The notes: a model not told the origin generated them from the sequence alone. 36,316 nt of DNA from Promethearchaeota archaeon (GCA_016839585.1 JAEOTZ010000028.1:1-36316), one strand, 5' to 3'; shown: positions 1-9,686, counted from the stretch's first letter. Program-made: numbers and translations.

Positions 1-2123
1 ATTTAGATACGATTGATAAAATACATATAGAAACAACAAAAGCCCATAGTGGGGGACATCGAGCAAATTTTGATGCTTTTGGATTTTCTTGGGAAGGATA
101 TCACTTAGGAGAGAATCTTCATGAGGGACTTTTAGTTAGTTTTCAGCCTGACGACCTTGATTGGATGTCATATTCCTTAGATAATCAATCTACTAATACA
201 ATTTTAGGAAATACTACCATACCAATGCCCCCTGATGGGAATCATACTATTCAAGTATTTGGAAAGAATTCATTAGGAGGAATATATGAATCAGACATCA
301 TACATTTTACTGTTGATTATCCAATAAAAATAGTTACTCCAGAAAGTAAAACTTATATTGAACCAATGAGTGGATATTATCCCGCTACCTTTGGATTTGA
401 AAATGATGAAGGTGGTTCTGATCCAAAAGAATGGCTTATTTTGAAGGAAAATCCCAATGCTAAAGTTATTTCAGAATTAAATGGACATAATAAAGTGCTT
501 AGATTGTGGGATAATGTTGGAGAAAGTGGAAAGTCAACGAGAGTATATAACAAATTTACTGATATGGATTATGGGACGGTTGAAGTTTGGATACTACAGG
601 ATGATTTAGGATCTGATTCTGATCAAGGACAGATTACAGGAATAGCAGATGGTTCTAATTTATTTGGCGTTAAAATGTGTGGGGGTCCCGCTAAATGGAA
701 AGTCTTAGAAAATGGCAGCATTGTGAATATAATTGGAGCACCAAGACCATTAATAAACACATGGTATCATATCCGGATTGACTTTGAACACACAATAGGA
801 GGATATCAAGGATTAGGGCAAAATGAATATTTTGTATACATAGATGGAGTTCGTTATGGCCCATATCTTTTTAATATTGATGGACAACTGGATGAGCTAC
901 ATTTACATACTTATAGTTATGGATTTAATTATAATGTCTATTTTGACGCTGTCGGATACTCTTGGGATCCAAACTATAATATTGGTGATAACTTATACGA
1001 AGGATTGCTATTGAGTTTTACTCCAGATAACTTAGATTGGATGGGATATTCCTTAGATAAACAGCCTATTAAAACTATTTTAGGAAATATTACTATACCT
1101 ATGCCAGCTGATGGAGCTCATACTATTCGAGTATTTGGAAAGAATTTATCAGGAACTTTGAATCAATCTGAAAATAGACATTTTTTTGTTGATACCATCT
1201 CTCCATTGATCACAATAAATGAACCAATTGGCAATTTTTTCGGAGCAACACCACCAGATTTTGATCTTACTATAACCGAATTGAATTTTGATATAAGCTG
1301 GTATAATTTAAATTATGGCGATAATATTTACTTCAGTGGTAATTCGGGGACAATAAACCAAACAAAATGGGAAATGGAAGGAGATGGTCCAGTTATTATT
1401 ACTTTTTATGTGAAAGATACGGGAGGAAACTTAGGAAATGCTCAGGTTGTTGTTTACAAAGATACGACAGGACCAATTTCTTCTATTTATTTTATTCCAC
1501 ATAGTGGAATTAATATAGTTAATGAATCTACTACTTTTACTATAACTGCTTATGATGGAATAGGTTCAGGAGTTTCTATTATAAGATACAAAATAAATGA
1601 TTCTAGTTGGATTGATTACATAGGACCATTCGACTTATCTAATTATCCATATGGCGATTTATTAATTTCTTATCAAGCTATAGATCAAATTGGTAATTAT
1701 GAATCTATACAAACGCTTTTAGTAGAACGTACAGATACAATTGCTCCTACTTCTTCACTCTATTTTGTACCCTATCAAGTGCCTAATATAGTAAATAAAT
1801 CAACATCTTTTACATTAAATGCTGATGATGGGATTGGTTCTGGAGTTTCTATTATTAGATATAAAATCAATGATTCTAGTTGGTTTGATTATAGCGTTCC
1901 ATTTGACTTATCGAGCTATGAACCTGGTTATTATCTCATCTGTTATTATTCTGTTGATAACATTGGTAATATCGAAATAGAAAATTCAATAGAAGTAATA
2001 TTAATGGAAAAACCATCTAAACCAAAAGAGATCCATGGATTTGAAATTTTTCTTATGATAAGTATAATTTGTATAGTTTCAATAGTAACTTTTAAAAGGC
2101 GTTATAAATCTATAAATAAATAA
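1..2123 (+). CDS. Large repeat-containing cell-surface protein, 5'-truncated by the window: ~291-aa beta-rich repeats, Ig-like domains, two 91-aa OmpL47-like repeats, C-terminal Loki-CTERM-like sorting tail
   Basis: Frame is open from nt 3 (LDTIDKIHIETTK...FDAFGFSWEGYHLGENLHEGLL), so the ATG at 165 is internal. FDAxGxSW...EGLLxSF.PD.LDWM.YSLD recurs at nt 69 and 942. DT..P.SS.YF...DGIGSGVSIIRYKINDSSW.DY recurs at 1461 and 1734. Ends in a P/K linker, IHGF, hydrophobic helix and KRR. Confidence 0.85.
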   Translation, partial: LDTIDKIHIETTKAHSGGHRANFDAFGFSWEGYHLGENLHEGLLVSFQPDDLDWMSYSLDNQSTNTILGNTTIPMPPDGNHTIQVFGKNSLGGIYESDIIHFTVDYPIKIVTPESKTYIEPMSGYYPATFGFENDEGGSDPKEWLILKENPNAKVISELNGHNKVLRLWDNVGESGKSTRVYNKFTDMDYGTVEVWILQDDLGSDSDQGQITGIADGSNLFGVKMCGGPAKWKVLENGSIVNIIGAPRPLINTWYHIRIDFEHTIGGYQGLGQNEYFVYIDGVRYGPYLFNIDGQLDELHLHTYSYGFNYNVYFDAVGYSWDPNYNIGDNLYEGLLLSFTPDNLDWMGYSLDKQPIKTILGNITIPMPADGAHTIRVFGKNLSGTLNQSENRHFFVDTISPLITINEPIGNFFGATPPDFDLTITELNFDISWYNLNYGDNIYFSGNSGTINQTKWEMEGDGPVIITFYVKDTGGNLGNAQVVVYKDTTGPISSIYFIPHSGINIVNESTTFTITAYDGIGSGVSIIRYKINDSSWIDYIGPFDLSNYPYGDLLISYQAIDQIGNYESIQTLLVERTDTIAPTSSLYFVPYQVPNIVNKSTSFTLNADDGIGSGVSIIRYKINDSSWFDYSVPFDLSSYEPGYYLICYYSVDNIGNIEIENSIEVILMEKPSKPKEIHGFEIFLMISIICIVSIVTFKRRYKSINK
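1461..2006 (+). repeat. Intragenic tandem duplication, 2 x 273 bp (91 aa)
   Basis: ggttcaggagtttctattataagatacaaaataaatgattctagttgg (~1563) vs ggttctggagtttctattattagatataaaatcaatgattctagttgg (~1836); offset 273 nt. Confidence 0.85.
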
Positions 2124-2142
2124 TTTTTTTTTTACTTTTTTT
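2124..2142 (+). terminator. Oligo-T archaeal terminator
   Basis: tttttttttt-ac-tttttt directly after the stop codon at 2123. Confidence 0.55.
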
Positions 2143-2205
2143 AGAAAAAATAGTCTAATATATTTCTATTAAAAATAATTTAGAAAGGCTAAAGAGATTA
2201 TAGGC

Positions 2206-2748
2206 TTAAGTGTTATTTGGATCGAATCTAAGGTTCATATTATTCTTATCTAATTCAAAGTTAATTTCTATTCCATTAAAAAGATCACTTTCAATTTTAA
2301 AAGTATGCTTACCTTTAATTAATTTTGTTAAAGAACTCTCATCTAATTTTAAAATAATACTTACTTTATCACCAAGAGCTATCGTTCTTCCACTGAATTT
2401 ACCTTCTAAAATATTATTTAATGTAAATAATTCTCCTCCATGATATATCATTATTCGTTCTTGAATTGTGTCTAAATTAACATTATCTTTAGAAAAATTT
2501 AACAGTTCATTATCTAAATAAATTTTTGCATAGTTTGATATATCAATGTCATTCATATCAAAGGTTTTAATATTAAAATCACCAATTTCAATATTCTCAG
2601 GAACAACAAAAGGAATAATTACATTAAGAGCTCTAATTTGGACGGAATCCGCTTTCCCATTTCCTGTTGTATCTAAAGTAAAGACACATTTTTTAGGAGG
2701 AAAAATTTTCTTTATTAAAACCTTAAAAGCAGATAAATCGTAAGACAT
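2206..2748 (-). CDS. Hypothetical beta-rich protein
   Basis: 186-aa ORF from TTG 2766; the more likely ATG is at 2748 (MSYDLSAF). Co-oriented directly downstream of the Zn-dehydrogenase. Contains a DTTGNGKAD loop resembling DxDxDG. Confidence 0.7.
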   Translation of the reverse strand: MSYDLSAFKVLIKKIFPPKKCVFTLDTTGNGKADSVQIRALNVIIPFVVPENIEIGDFNIKTFDMNDIDISNYAKIYLDNELLNFSKDNVNLDTIQERIMIYHGGELFTLNNILEGKFSGRTIALGDKVSIILKLDESSLTKLIKGKHTFKIESDLFNGIEINFELDKNNMNLRFDPNNT

Positions 2749-2768
2749 AATTATCTCTAATAACAAAT

Positions 2769-3827
2769 TTATGGTTTTGTAATTACTTTAACGCATTTAC
2801 GTTCTTTCATTAACTTAAAGCCTGTAGAAATTAATTCTTCTAATGGAATCTCATGGGTAATAATTTTATCAACATCTATAATATTATTTGCAATTAATTC
2901 AATAGCATCTAAAAAATCTTCAGCATAACCTATATAGGAGCCCATGATTTTTCTCTGATACCGAACGATATCATTGGGTTTTATCATTGCCTTAGCTCGA
3001 AAATCTTGACCAAACAAGATTAATCTTGCACCAGGTGCCCAAATCTTTAATGCATTCTCAAAGGTTTCTGAAATACCCACAGCATCAATTATAACATCAG
3101 CACCTTCTCCATCAGTCAGTTTCATTATTTCCTTCTTAATATTTTGATTTTCTGGATTAATTACCTGATCAGCTCCTAGTTCATATGCCTTTTTAATTCT
3201 CCAATCATTTATTTCAACGGATATTAATCTCTTTATTGGATGCTTTCTAATAACAGATTCAATTATTAAACCCATCGGTCCTGCTCCCATAATAACTACA
3301 TTATCAGATTCTTTAACATCAGCAATATTATGACAATGAACTGCGCAAGAAAGTGGTTCTACTAAAGCAGCTGAAGTTACATCAATATCATGTGGCAGTT
3401 TAAAGATTACACTTCGTGGGATCACACAATATTTTGCGAAGCCTCCATTTTGAAATATCCCAAAAGTTGTACCAGTCGCCATAAAATCACAAAGGTTTGA
3501 TAATCCTCTCCGACAATTAATGCAATAGCCGCATTTTTCATTTGGATCAACAACTATTTTATCCCCTTTTTTTAAATCTCGTATATCATTACCTACTTCT
3601 TTAACAACACCAACAAACTCATGACCCAAAATAGTATTATCATTTGCTGGGTGTCCACCATCTATTATTTTTAAATCTGTCCCACAGATACCACATGCTT
3701 TTACTTCAATTAATATTTCATTATTTTTAGTGATTTGAGGTATTTCTAACTGTTCAAGCTTTATTTCACCGCCACCATTCTCTTTAGTTTTATGAAAAAC
3801 GGCCGCAAGCATTTTATCCATATACAT
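2769..3827 (-). CDS. Zinc-dependent medium-chain dehydrogenase (sorbitol/threonine/sugar-acid dehydrogenase-like)
   Basis: CGICGTD, GHEFVG, structural Zn site CGYCINC...C, Rossmann GAGPMG. Confidence 0.92.
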   Translation of the reverse strand: MYMDKMLAAVFHKTKENGGGEIKLEQLEIPQITKNNEILIEVKACGICGTDLKIIDGGHPANDNTILGHEFVGVVKEVGNDIRDLKKGDKIVVDPNEKCGYCINCRRGLSNLCDFMATGTTFGIFQNGGFAKYCVIPRSVIFKLPHDIDVTSAALVEPLSCAVHCHNIADVKESDNVVIMGAGPMGLIIESVIRKHPIKRLISVEINDWRIKKAYELGADQVINPENQNIKKEIMKLTDGEGADVIIDAVGISETFENALKIWAPGARLILFGQDFRAKAMIKPNDIVRYQRKIMGSYIGYAEDFLDAIELIANNIIDVDKIITHEIPLEELISTGFKLMKERKCVKVITKP

Positions 3828-3981
3828 CGCCTTAATAGAATCTTTTATATATAGAAATTATCTCTCACAATTATAATTTATTTGTATTATTATTCATTTT
3901 AAATTAAACATTTAAATTAGTATAAATTGATCTTGAAATATTAATTAAAAAAATCAATTAATCAATAAAATTGTTGATTTT

Positions 3982-5187
3982 ATGAGTAAAGAAAATGTAG
4001 AAGTTTATGGATTTCGCTGGGTAGTTCTATTGCTTTTTATGCTAGTAAACATATCAATGCAAATATTATGGATAAGTTTTGCTCCTGTCAGAAGTGTTGC
4101 TGCAAGTTTTTATGAAGTTGATGAACTTTTTATTGATTTGTTGGCAATGAGTTTCATGGTAGTATATATTCCAGTAACTTTCTTAGCGGCTTGGATGATT
4201 GATAAATTTGGATTCAAGATAGGAGCGGGATTAGGAGCTATAATTGCAGGTATATTCGGTCTACTTAGATTTTTTGCATTTGAGGATTATTTACTTGTGT
4301 TGTTATTTCAAATAGGAATTGGCTTAGGACAACCTTTTATTTTAAACGCAGTCACAAAATTATCAGCTAATTGGTTTCCTGATAATGAAAGAACAACAGC
4401 TACGGGAATCGCATTAATCTCTCAATTTCTGGGGATTGCACTTGGTATGTTTATGACTCCAATACTTGTTTCTGGAGATGATTTATTACCAATGCTACTT
4501 ATTTATGGTATTATATCCCTGATAACAATGATACTTTTTATAGTATTTGTGAAAGATAAACCGCCAACTCCCCCTTCAAGAGAATTTATAGAAGAAAAAG
4601 TATTAATGTCTGAAGGTCTAAGGAAATTGTTTTCAAATAAACACTTCATTATGCTATTTATTCTTTTTTTCTTGGGTCTAGGGATTTTTAATACCATTAC
4701 CACATATATTGAAGGTATAGTAGAACCGAGAGGGTATGACACTGATTTTGCAGGAATGTTAGGTGCTCTAATGCTATTAGGAGGAATCGTAGGATGTGTT
4801 ATAATGTCTACATTATCAGACAAATACAAAAAGCGTAAAATCTTACTAATAATATCTCTTTTTATAGCAACAGTTTCTCTATTTATAATTACTAGCACAC
4901 ATGATGAGACAATGTTACTTGCGTTTGGATTTCTACTAGGATTCGGCTTACTTTCAGCGGGTCCAGTGGGTTTGGAATATGCTGTTGACATAACAAAACC
5001 TGTACCAGAAGCAAGTTCTACTGGAATGTTGATGATGGTCGGGCAAATAGGAGGAATTCTATTTATTCTTAGCTTTGAAGATGTCAAAATAAATAACGAT
5101 TATTGGCCTGCTCTATTAATACAATCAATTTTGCTTTGTATAGCTTTAATAATAGTATTCTTCTTGAAAGAGAGAAGTAGGGAATAA
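3982..5187 (+). CDS. MFS transporter, SLC49/FLVCR-like
   Basis: About 12 hydrophobic segments; N-terminal Y..RWVVL..F...N...W; motif A (WMIDKFGFK, LSDKYKKRK); SANWFP..ERTTAT; KPPTPPS loop typical of FLVCR/MFSD7/DIRC2. Confidence 0.88.
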   Translation: MSKENVEVYGFRWVVLLLFMLVNISMQILWISFAPVRSVAASFYEVDELFIDLLAMSFMVVYIPVTFLAAWMIDKFGFKIGAGLGAIIAGIFGLLRFFAFEDYLLVLLFQIGIGLGQPFILNAVTKLSANWFPDNERTTATGIALISQFLGIALGMFMTPILVSGDDLLPMLLIYGIISLITMILFIVFVKDKPPTPPSREFIEEKVLMSEGLRKLFSNKHFIMLFILFFLGLGIFNTITTYIEGIVEPRGYDTDFAGMLGALMLLGGIVGCVIMSTLSDKYKKRKILLIISLFIATVSLFIITSTHDETMLLAFGFLLGFGLLSAGPVGLEYAVDITKPVPEASSTGMLMMVGQIGGILFILSFEDVKINNDYWPALLIQSILLCIALIIVFFLKERSRE

Positions 5188-5265
5188 GTAAATTAATTTA
5201 TTTTTTTTTATCTTTTATTAAATATATACTAATTAGAAAAGTATAATATAATAAAATCATCAAAA

Positions 5266-6444
5266 ATGAAAGCTGTTGAATTATCGGCTGTATGGGATCC
5301 CAAACCTGAATATAAACCCAGCTCTAAAGATATTAATGGAAAATTAACATATTTAGGTTCTCAAGTTTGGAGAAATCCAACAGTTAAAATTGTTGATAAA
5401 GATAGACCTCAAATTAAGTCCAATGAAGTGTTAATCAAAGTAAAAAGATGTGGAATATGTGGTTCCGATGTACATATGGCTCAAGCATATGATGATGGAT
5501 ACATTTATTATCCTGGTTTAACAGCTTTCCCTGTCACCCTTGGGCATGAATTTGCAGGTGAAATTGTTGATGTTGGGAGTCAAGCAATTAATAAAAGAAC
5601 TGGTAAACTTTATGAAGTGGGAGAACCTGTGACTGTTGAAGAAATGGTATGGTGTGGTGAATGTAAGCCTTGTTGTGATGGTTATCCTAACCATTGTGAG
5701 CGATTACAAGAAATTGGTTTTTCCATTGATGGCGCATATGCTGAATACATTGCTGTGCCAGCAAAATTATGCTGGAGTTTGAAAAAATTAGAAAACCAAT
5801 ATAATGATATTTTTAAAATTGGTAGTTTGGTTGAGCCAACTTCAGTTGCATATAATGCTGTTATAGAGAGAGGTGGTGGAATTCGGCCAGGTGAGAATGT
5901 GGTTATTTTAGGAGCTGGTCCTATTGGTTTAGCAGCAGTAAAAATTTTAAAGAGCGCTGGAGCTGCTGTATGTATTGTCTCAGAACCAGAAGAAAGTCGA
6001 GCAACGTTAGCGAAAAAATTGGGTGCTGATTACGTAATCAATCCTTTAAAAGAAGATTTTGTAGAAGCAACAAAAAAGTATACTGATAATGAGGGCGCTG
6101 CCCTCTATCTTGAAGCTACGGGATTACCTGATATTGTTACAGATGATATACAAAATGCAATATGGGAATGTAAATCAGTTAATAGTACGGTGGTTATTGT
6201 AGCTAGAGCCGAACAAAAAATGCCAGTATGTGGTGAATATTTCCAAGTAAGGAGAGCTCGCATCGTAGGATCTCAAGGTCATTCGGGACATGGTAATTTT
6301 CCAAATGTAATAAATTGTATGGCAAATGGAATGGATTTAACTCCAATAATCACAAAAGAAATAAAAATTGACGAAGTACCTGAAAATCTCAAACTTCTGC
6401 AAACTGATAAAGAAAATTGTAAGATTTCTATTACGATAAGTTAA
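5266..6444 (+). CDS. iolM: scyllo-inosose 3-dehydrogenase (Zn-MDR)
   Basis: Characteristic N-terminus A.WDPKP.....KDI.GKLTYLGS.VWR.P and CGICGSDVHMAQ...DGYI.YPGLT.FPVTLGHEF, as I recall for Thermotoga IolM; lies near iolN/iolO. Confidence 0.85.
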   Translation: MKAVELSAVWDPKPEYKPSSKDINGKLTYLGSQVWRNPTVKIVDKDRPQIKSNEVLIKVKRCGICGSDVHMAQAYDDGYIYYPGLTAFPVTLGHEFAGEIVDVGSQAINKRTGKLYEVGEPVTVEEMVWCGECKPCCDGYPNHCERLQEIGFSIDGAYAEYIAVPAKLCWSLKKLENQYNDIFKIGSLVEPTSVAYNAVIERGGGIRPGENVVILGAGPIGLAAVKILKSAGAAVCIVSEPEESRATLAKKLGADYVINPLKEDFVEATKKYTDNEGAALYLEATGLPDIVTDDIQNAIWECKSVNSTVVIVARAEQKMPVCGEYFQVRRARIVGSQGHSGHGNFPNVINCMANGMDLTPIITKEIKIDEVPENLKLLQTDKENCKISITIS

Positions 6445-6572
6445 ATTTGTTTATTACAACTGTCTTTTCTTATTAAGAAAGTATTAATACAATTTTACAA
6501 TCAAAACTTTTTTATATCATTTTCATCTATTTTTGTTATTCAAAAATAATAAAATAAGAAGAGATCGATATT

Positions 6573-7172
6573 ATGAATGAAAATCAAGATGAGGAAGAAG
6601 GTTTTGAATTAAAGGAAGAAGCTGAAAGTAGAGAGCAAATACTTGAAAACAAGAAAAAGGAGGAACAAATTGCTTTAAAAAGAACTGAAACCTGTGATTT
6701 TAAAACTGAACATCCAGAATCTCTAGAAATTATGCAAAATGAACCTTTTTATAGAATTCCGTTGACTAATATTATAGAAAGTGAGGATGTCTTTTATATT
6801 CTTATGGAATTACCAGGATTAGACAAAAAGAATGTTAAAATTTCTTTACAAGAAGGAATTTTAGAATTACTTGGAGAAAAATCAATAAAACACAAAGAAA
6901 AGAAAGAAGAAAAAAAGGAAAAAGAAAAAGATAAAAAAGAAAAGAAGGATGAAAAGAAAGATAAAGACAAGAAAAAAGAAAAATATAAGGAAATAAAAGG
7001 AGCCTATTTAAGGAGAGAAATTCGAACCTCTAACTTCTTTAGATGTTTTGACTTACCTGAAGATATATATCCTGAAGAAATTGATGCAAGCTTTAAAAAT
7101 GGTATTCTACGGTTAATAATCCCTAAAAAATCAGCAAAAATTAGTGAAAAGAAAGTAATAGAAATTAAATAA
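6573..7172 (+). CDS. Small heat shock protein (Hsp20/alpha-crystallin) with a K/E/D-rich insertion
   Basis: ELPGL.K..V.I.....LE..GE ... F.R.F.LP..I....I.ASFKNGIL....PK; C-terminal IEI (IXI) motif. Confidence 0.92.
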   Translation: MNENQDEEEGFELKEEAESREQILENKKKEEQIALKRTETCDFKTEHPESLEIMQNEPFYRIPLTNIIESEDVFYILMELPGLDKKNVKISLQEGILELLGEKSIKHKEKKEEKKEKEKDKKEKKDEKKDKDKKKEKYKEIKGAYLRREIRTSNFFRCFDLPEDIYPEEIDASFKNGILRLIIPKKSAKISEKKVIEIK

Positions 7173-7254
7173 ATTCTATTATTCATAGTTCTCTTATTTT
7201 TTTATTGTTCTAATTATTTTTTTTAAATTTTTAATAAGAGCTATTATTGTAATT

Positions 7255-8067
7255 CTATAGAATTGATCTTAGATATTCAGAGGATTCTCTAGCGACTTCC
7301 TCAAATGAGGGTTTCATAATAGTTTCAATTGATGCGAATCCATTATATCCTGCATTTTTAAAAATATTTAAGAAGGTTCTAAAATCAAAATGTCCTGTAC
7401 CAGGTGCTCTACGGGTGCAATCAGCTAAATGAATATGAGAAACATAATGAGCAATTTCTTCTAAATAATCCCAAATAAAACCAGGATCTTCTTCCAAATA
7501 AATGTGATAAGAATCAACTAATAATCTTAAGTTATTAGAACCTATCTCTTTTATTAATTCTACTGATTCTGAGATTGTATTATAAGAATCAATTTCAAAT
7601 CGATTTATAGGTTCAAATAATAATTCAACATTATTGTTTTCTGCTAACCTACAACATTCTTTTAATGATGATTTAATATTTATTTTCTCTTTTTTTTGAC
7701 TACTTTCAAAAGTATAACGTCCCCTAATTAATCCAATAATGACTTTTGACTGTACTTCACGGGCAAATTCAACATATTTCTCAACTCTTTCAATTGCTTT
7801 TCTCCTTATTGATTCATCAATATGACCAAGCGAATAACCAAAACGAATAAAAGTATTCCCTGTTCCCAGCGCTGGTATTTCTAATTCATAAGAATCTTTA
7901 ATTTCATTTATCTGTTTAACATCTATTTTTTCTGGTTCTAATAAACTTAATTCAACTCCATCATAATCTAATGGTTTTAAAAAATAACATACAGCAGAGA
8001 ATTTTTTAATTATTTCTTCTTGATTGTATTTGGATTCGTTAAGAGTAGATACAATACTCAATTGCAT
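7255..8067 (-). CDS. iolO: 5-keto-L-gluconate epimerase-like sugar isomerase/epimerase (TIM barrel)
   Basis: A.GTG, IRRKAIER, VIIGLIRG, EPINRFE, DSYH, HIHLAD..R.APG.GHFDF, SIE; metal ligands are intact; divergent from iolN. Confidence 0.8.
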   Translation of the reverse strand: MQLSIVSTLNESKYNQEEIIKKFSAVCYFLKPLDYDGVELSLLEPEKIDVKQINEIKDSYELEIPALGTGNTFIRFGYSLGHIDESIRRKAIERVEKYVEFAREVQSKVIIGLIRGRYTFESSQKKEKINIKSSLKECCRLAENNNVELLFEPINRFEIDSYNTISESVELIKEIGSNNLRLLVDSYHIYLEEDPGFIWDYLEEIAHYVSHIHLADCTRRAPGTGHFDFRTFLNIFKNAGYNGFASIETIMKPSFEEVARESSEYLRSIL

Positions 8068-8163
8068 ATAATATATAATTATATATGATGATTAAAAAGT
8101 TTAACATATATGTACCCCTTTGATAATTATTACAATTCATTTTAATTGAGATGATTTTTAAAA

Positions 8164-9141
8164 ATGAGCAAATGGAATTTACCGCCTGAATATAGGAAGG
8201 GCAGAGGACATATGGATTTGCCTGATGGAATATATCTCCAGACAATGTCAATCTTAGAAATCAATGAACGCTTAAAAAAAAATGATGTTATAATTATTCC
8301 AGTTGGTTCGACTGAAAATCATGGCCCCGCTGCTTGTATTGGAGAAGATACTTTTTTGGTCACAAGGATGGCCGAATTAATAGCTCAAAAGACAGGTTGT
8401 ACTGTCGCTGAACCTGTTTGGTATGGAAGCCATCCTTATCATCATATAGGAATGCCAGGTTCAATTATTGTACCAGAGGAAATTTTTAAAGGTTTGTTGC
8501 GAGCTGTGATGGCAGGTTGTTGGAATATGGGTTTTAGGAAAATGATTTTGTTAAATGGACATGGCCAAGAGTATGTTATTCCCTCTGCCATCCATGAGTT
8601 TGCGAAGAATTATCAGTTGCCAATGTTAATCTGTAATGTGAATTGGTATCATGCTATACCAAAGGAATGCATGGATAAAGATCATGGAGGACCATTTGAA
8701 ACTCCTTTCATACATGCTGATGAAGCAGAGACGTCATTTTCATTGACATTATTTCCTGAAATGATTAAATTAGATAATGCATGTGATAATGAACCAATCA
8801 GTTGGATGCCAGAAGGTCATGTCGATAAAGCTGGAAATATTTATCAAAGACCAATAAAATGGTACGGACAGGTAGGATTTGGCCCAATAGAGGTAACTGC
8901 ATATCCTGAGGGGAATGTAGGGTGCCCAAGCAAAGCAACGCTAGAAAAAGGGCTACCAGGGATCGAATCACTTTTGGATTATCTAGAAAAATTAGTGAAT
9001 GACATTTTGAAAATATTTCCTCCTGGGAAATTACCACCAGTGGAGGGTATTACTCAGAGAGACCCTAAAGAAGTTGAAAAATATATCAAAGGACCTTTAA
9101 ATGGGGGAAAAAGCATATATGAATTAAGATATCCACCTTAA
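8164..9141 (+). CDS. iolN: 3-dehydro-scyllo-inosose hydrolase (creatininase family)
   Basis: GHMD..DGIYLQTM, PVGSTENHG, GEDTF, NGHGQE, ETPFIHADE.ETS; sits with iolM/iolO. Confidence 0.85.
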   Translation: MSKWNLPPEYRKGRGHMDLPDGIYLQTMSILEINERLKKNDVIIIPVGSTENHGPAACIGEDTFLVTRMAELIAQKTGCTVAEPVWYGSHPYHHIGMPGSIIVPEEIFKGLLRAVMAGCWNMGFRKMILLNGHGQEYVIPSAIHEFAKNYQLPMLICNVNWYHAIPKECMDKDHGGPFETPFIHADEAETSFSLTLFPEMIKLDNACDNEPISWMPEGHVDKAGNIYQRPIKWYGQVGFGPIEVTAYPEGNVGCPSKATLEKGLPGIESLLDYLEKLVNDILKIFPPGKLPPVEGITQRDPKEVEKYIKGPLNGGKSIYELRYPP

Positions 9142-9203
9142 TAAAAAAAAACTTTAAGACTATATAAATTGCTTTTCAAAATTAAGAAAAATAAAAAGAA
9201 AAT

Positions 9204-9686
9204 TTATGTTTTAGCACCACAATAAGCACAAAATTGAGCTGATTCTTTACTTATAGGTGTTCCACAATTATAACAATATTTACCCCTTTCTTCTGAGCTA
9301 ACAGGTTCTTTTTGAATTGATACATGTTTTATTTGCCCTGTTTTTGTTGAAAATTTACCAATTAATTGCCCTGATGCTTTCAGATCTAAAACAATCGATT
9401 GAACATCTTTTCTTGAAATACCAGTACTTCTGCTAACATCTTCTATTGATGCATCAGGATTTGTCTGGAATTCTTGCAAAACTACCCTCCGTAATTTACT
9501 CCTATTGTTTATTGCTACAATTTGGCTAGATAAAATAGCCGCTCCAATACCAATCGCAATAAAGCCCCACCATGACCACTTATCCCATGGGATAAAGCTA
9601 GTAATACCCCACCACAAAAAAGCACCAGCGATTATGAATGTGCATATTGAGACACTATCATTATACTGATTTTTTTCATATTTCAT
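9204..9686 (-). CDS. Membrane protein: 2 TM helices + winged-helix-like domain + C-terminal zinc ribbon
   Basis: Two N-terminal hydrophobic helices; ASIEDVSRSTGISRKDV HTH-like segment; CYNCG...FCAYCG. Confidence 0.75.
   Translation of the reverse strand: MKYEKNQYNDSVSICTFIIAGAFLWWGITSFIPWDKWSWWGFIAIGIGAAILSSQIVAINNRSKLRRVVLQEFQTNPDASIEDVSRSTGISRKDVQSIVLDLKASGQLIGKFSTKTGQIKHVSIQKEPVSSEERGKYCYNCGTPISKESAQFCAYCGAKT

Noticed and set aside
4503-5087. 194-aa antisense ORF, and the other short overlapping ORFs (2210, 2546, 7004, 8039, 8798, 10440, 10556, 13348, 15163, 15338, 15837, 20950, 22318, 22331, 23182, 23418, 25565, 30339, 34087)
   Set aside because: They are antisense or off-frame shadows of well-supported genes and carry no motifs.
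6881-6998. Purine-rich tract as a CRISPR array or tandem DNA repeat
   Set aside because: It has no fixed repeat unit or spacers and is explained by K/E/D codons.
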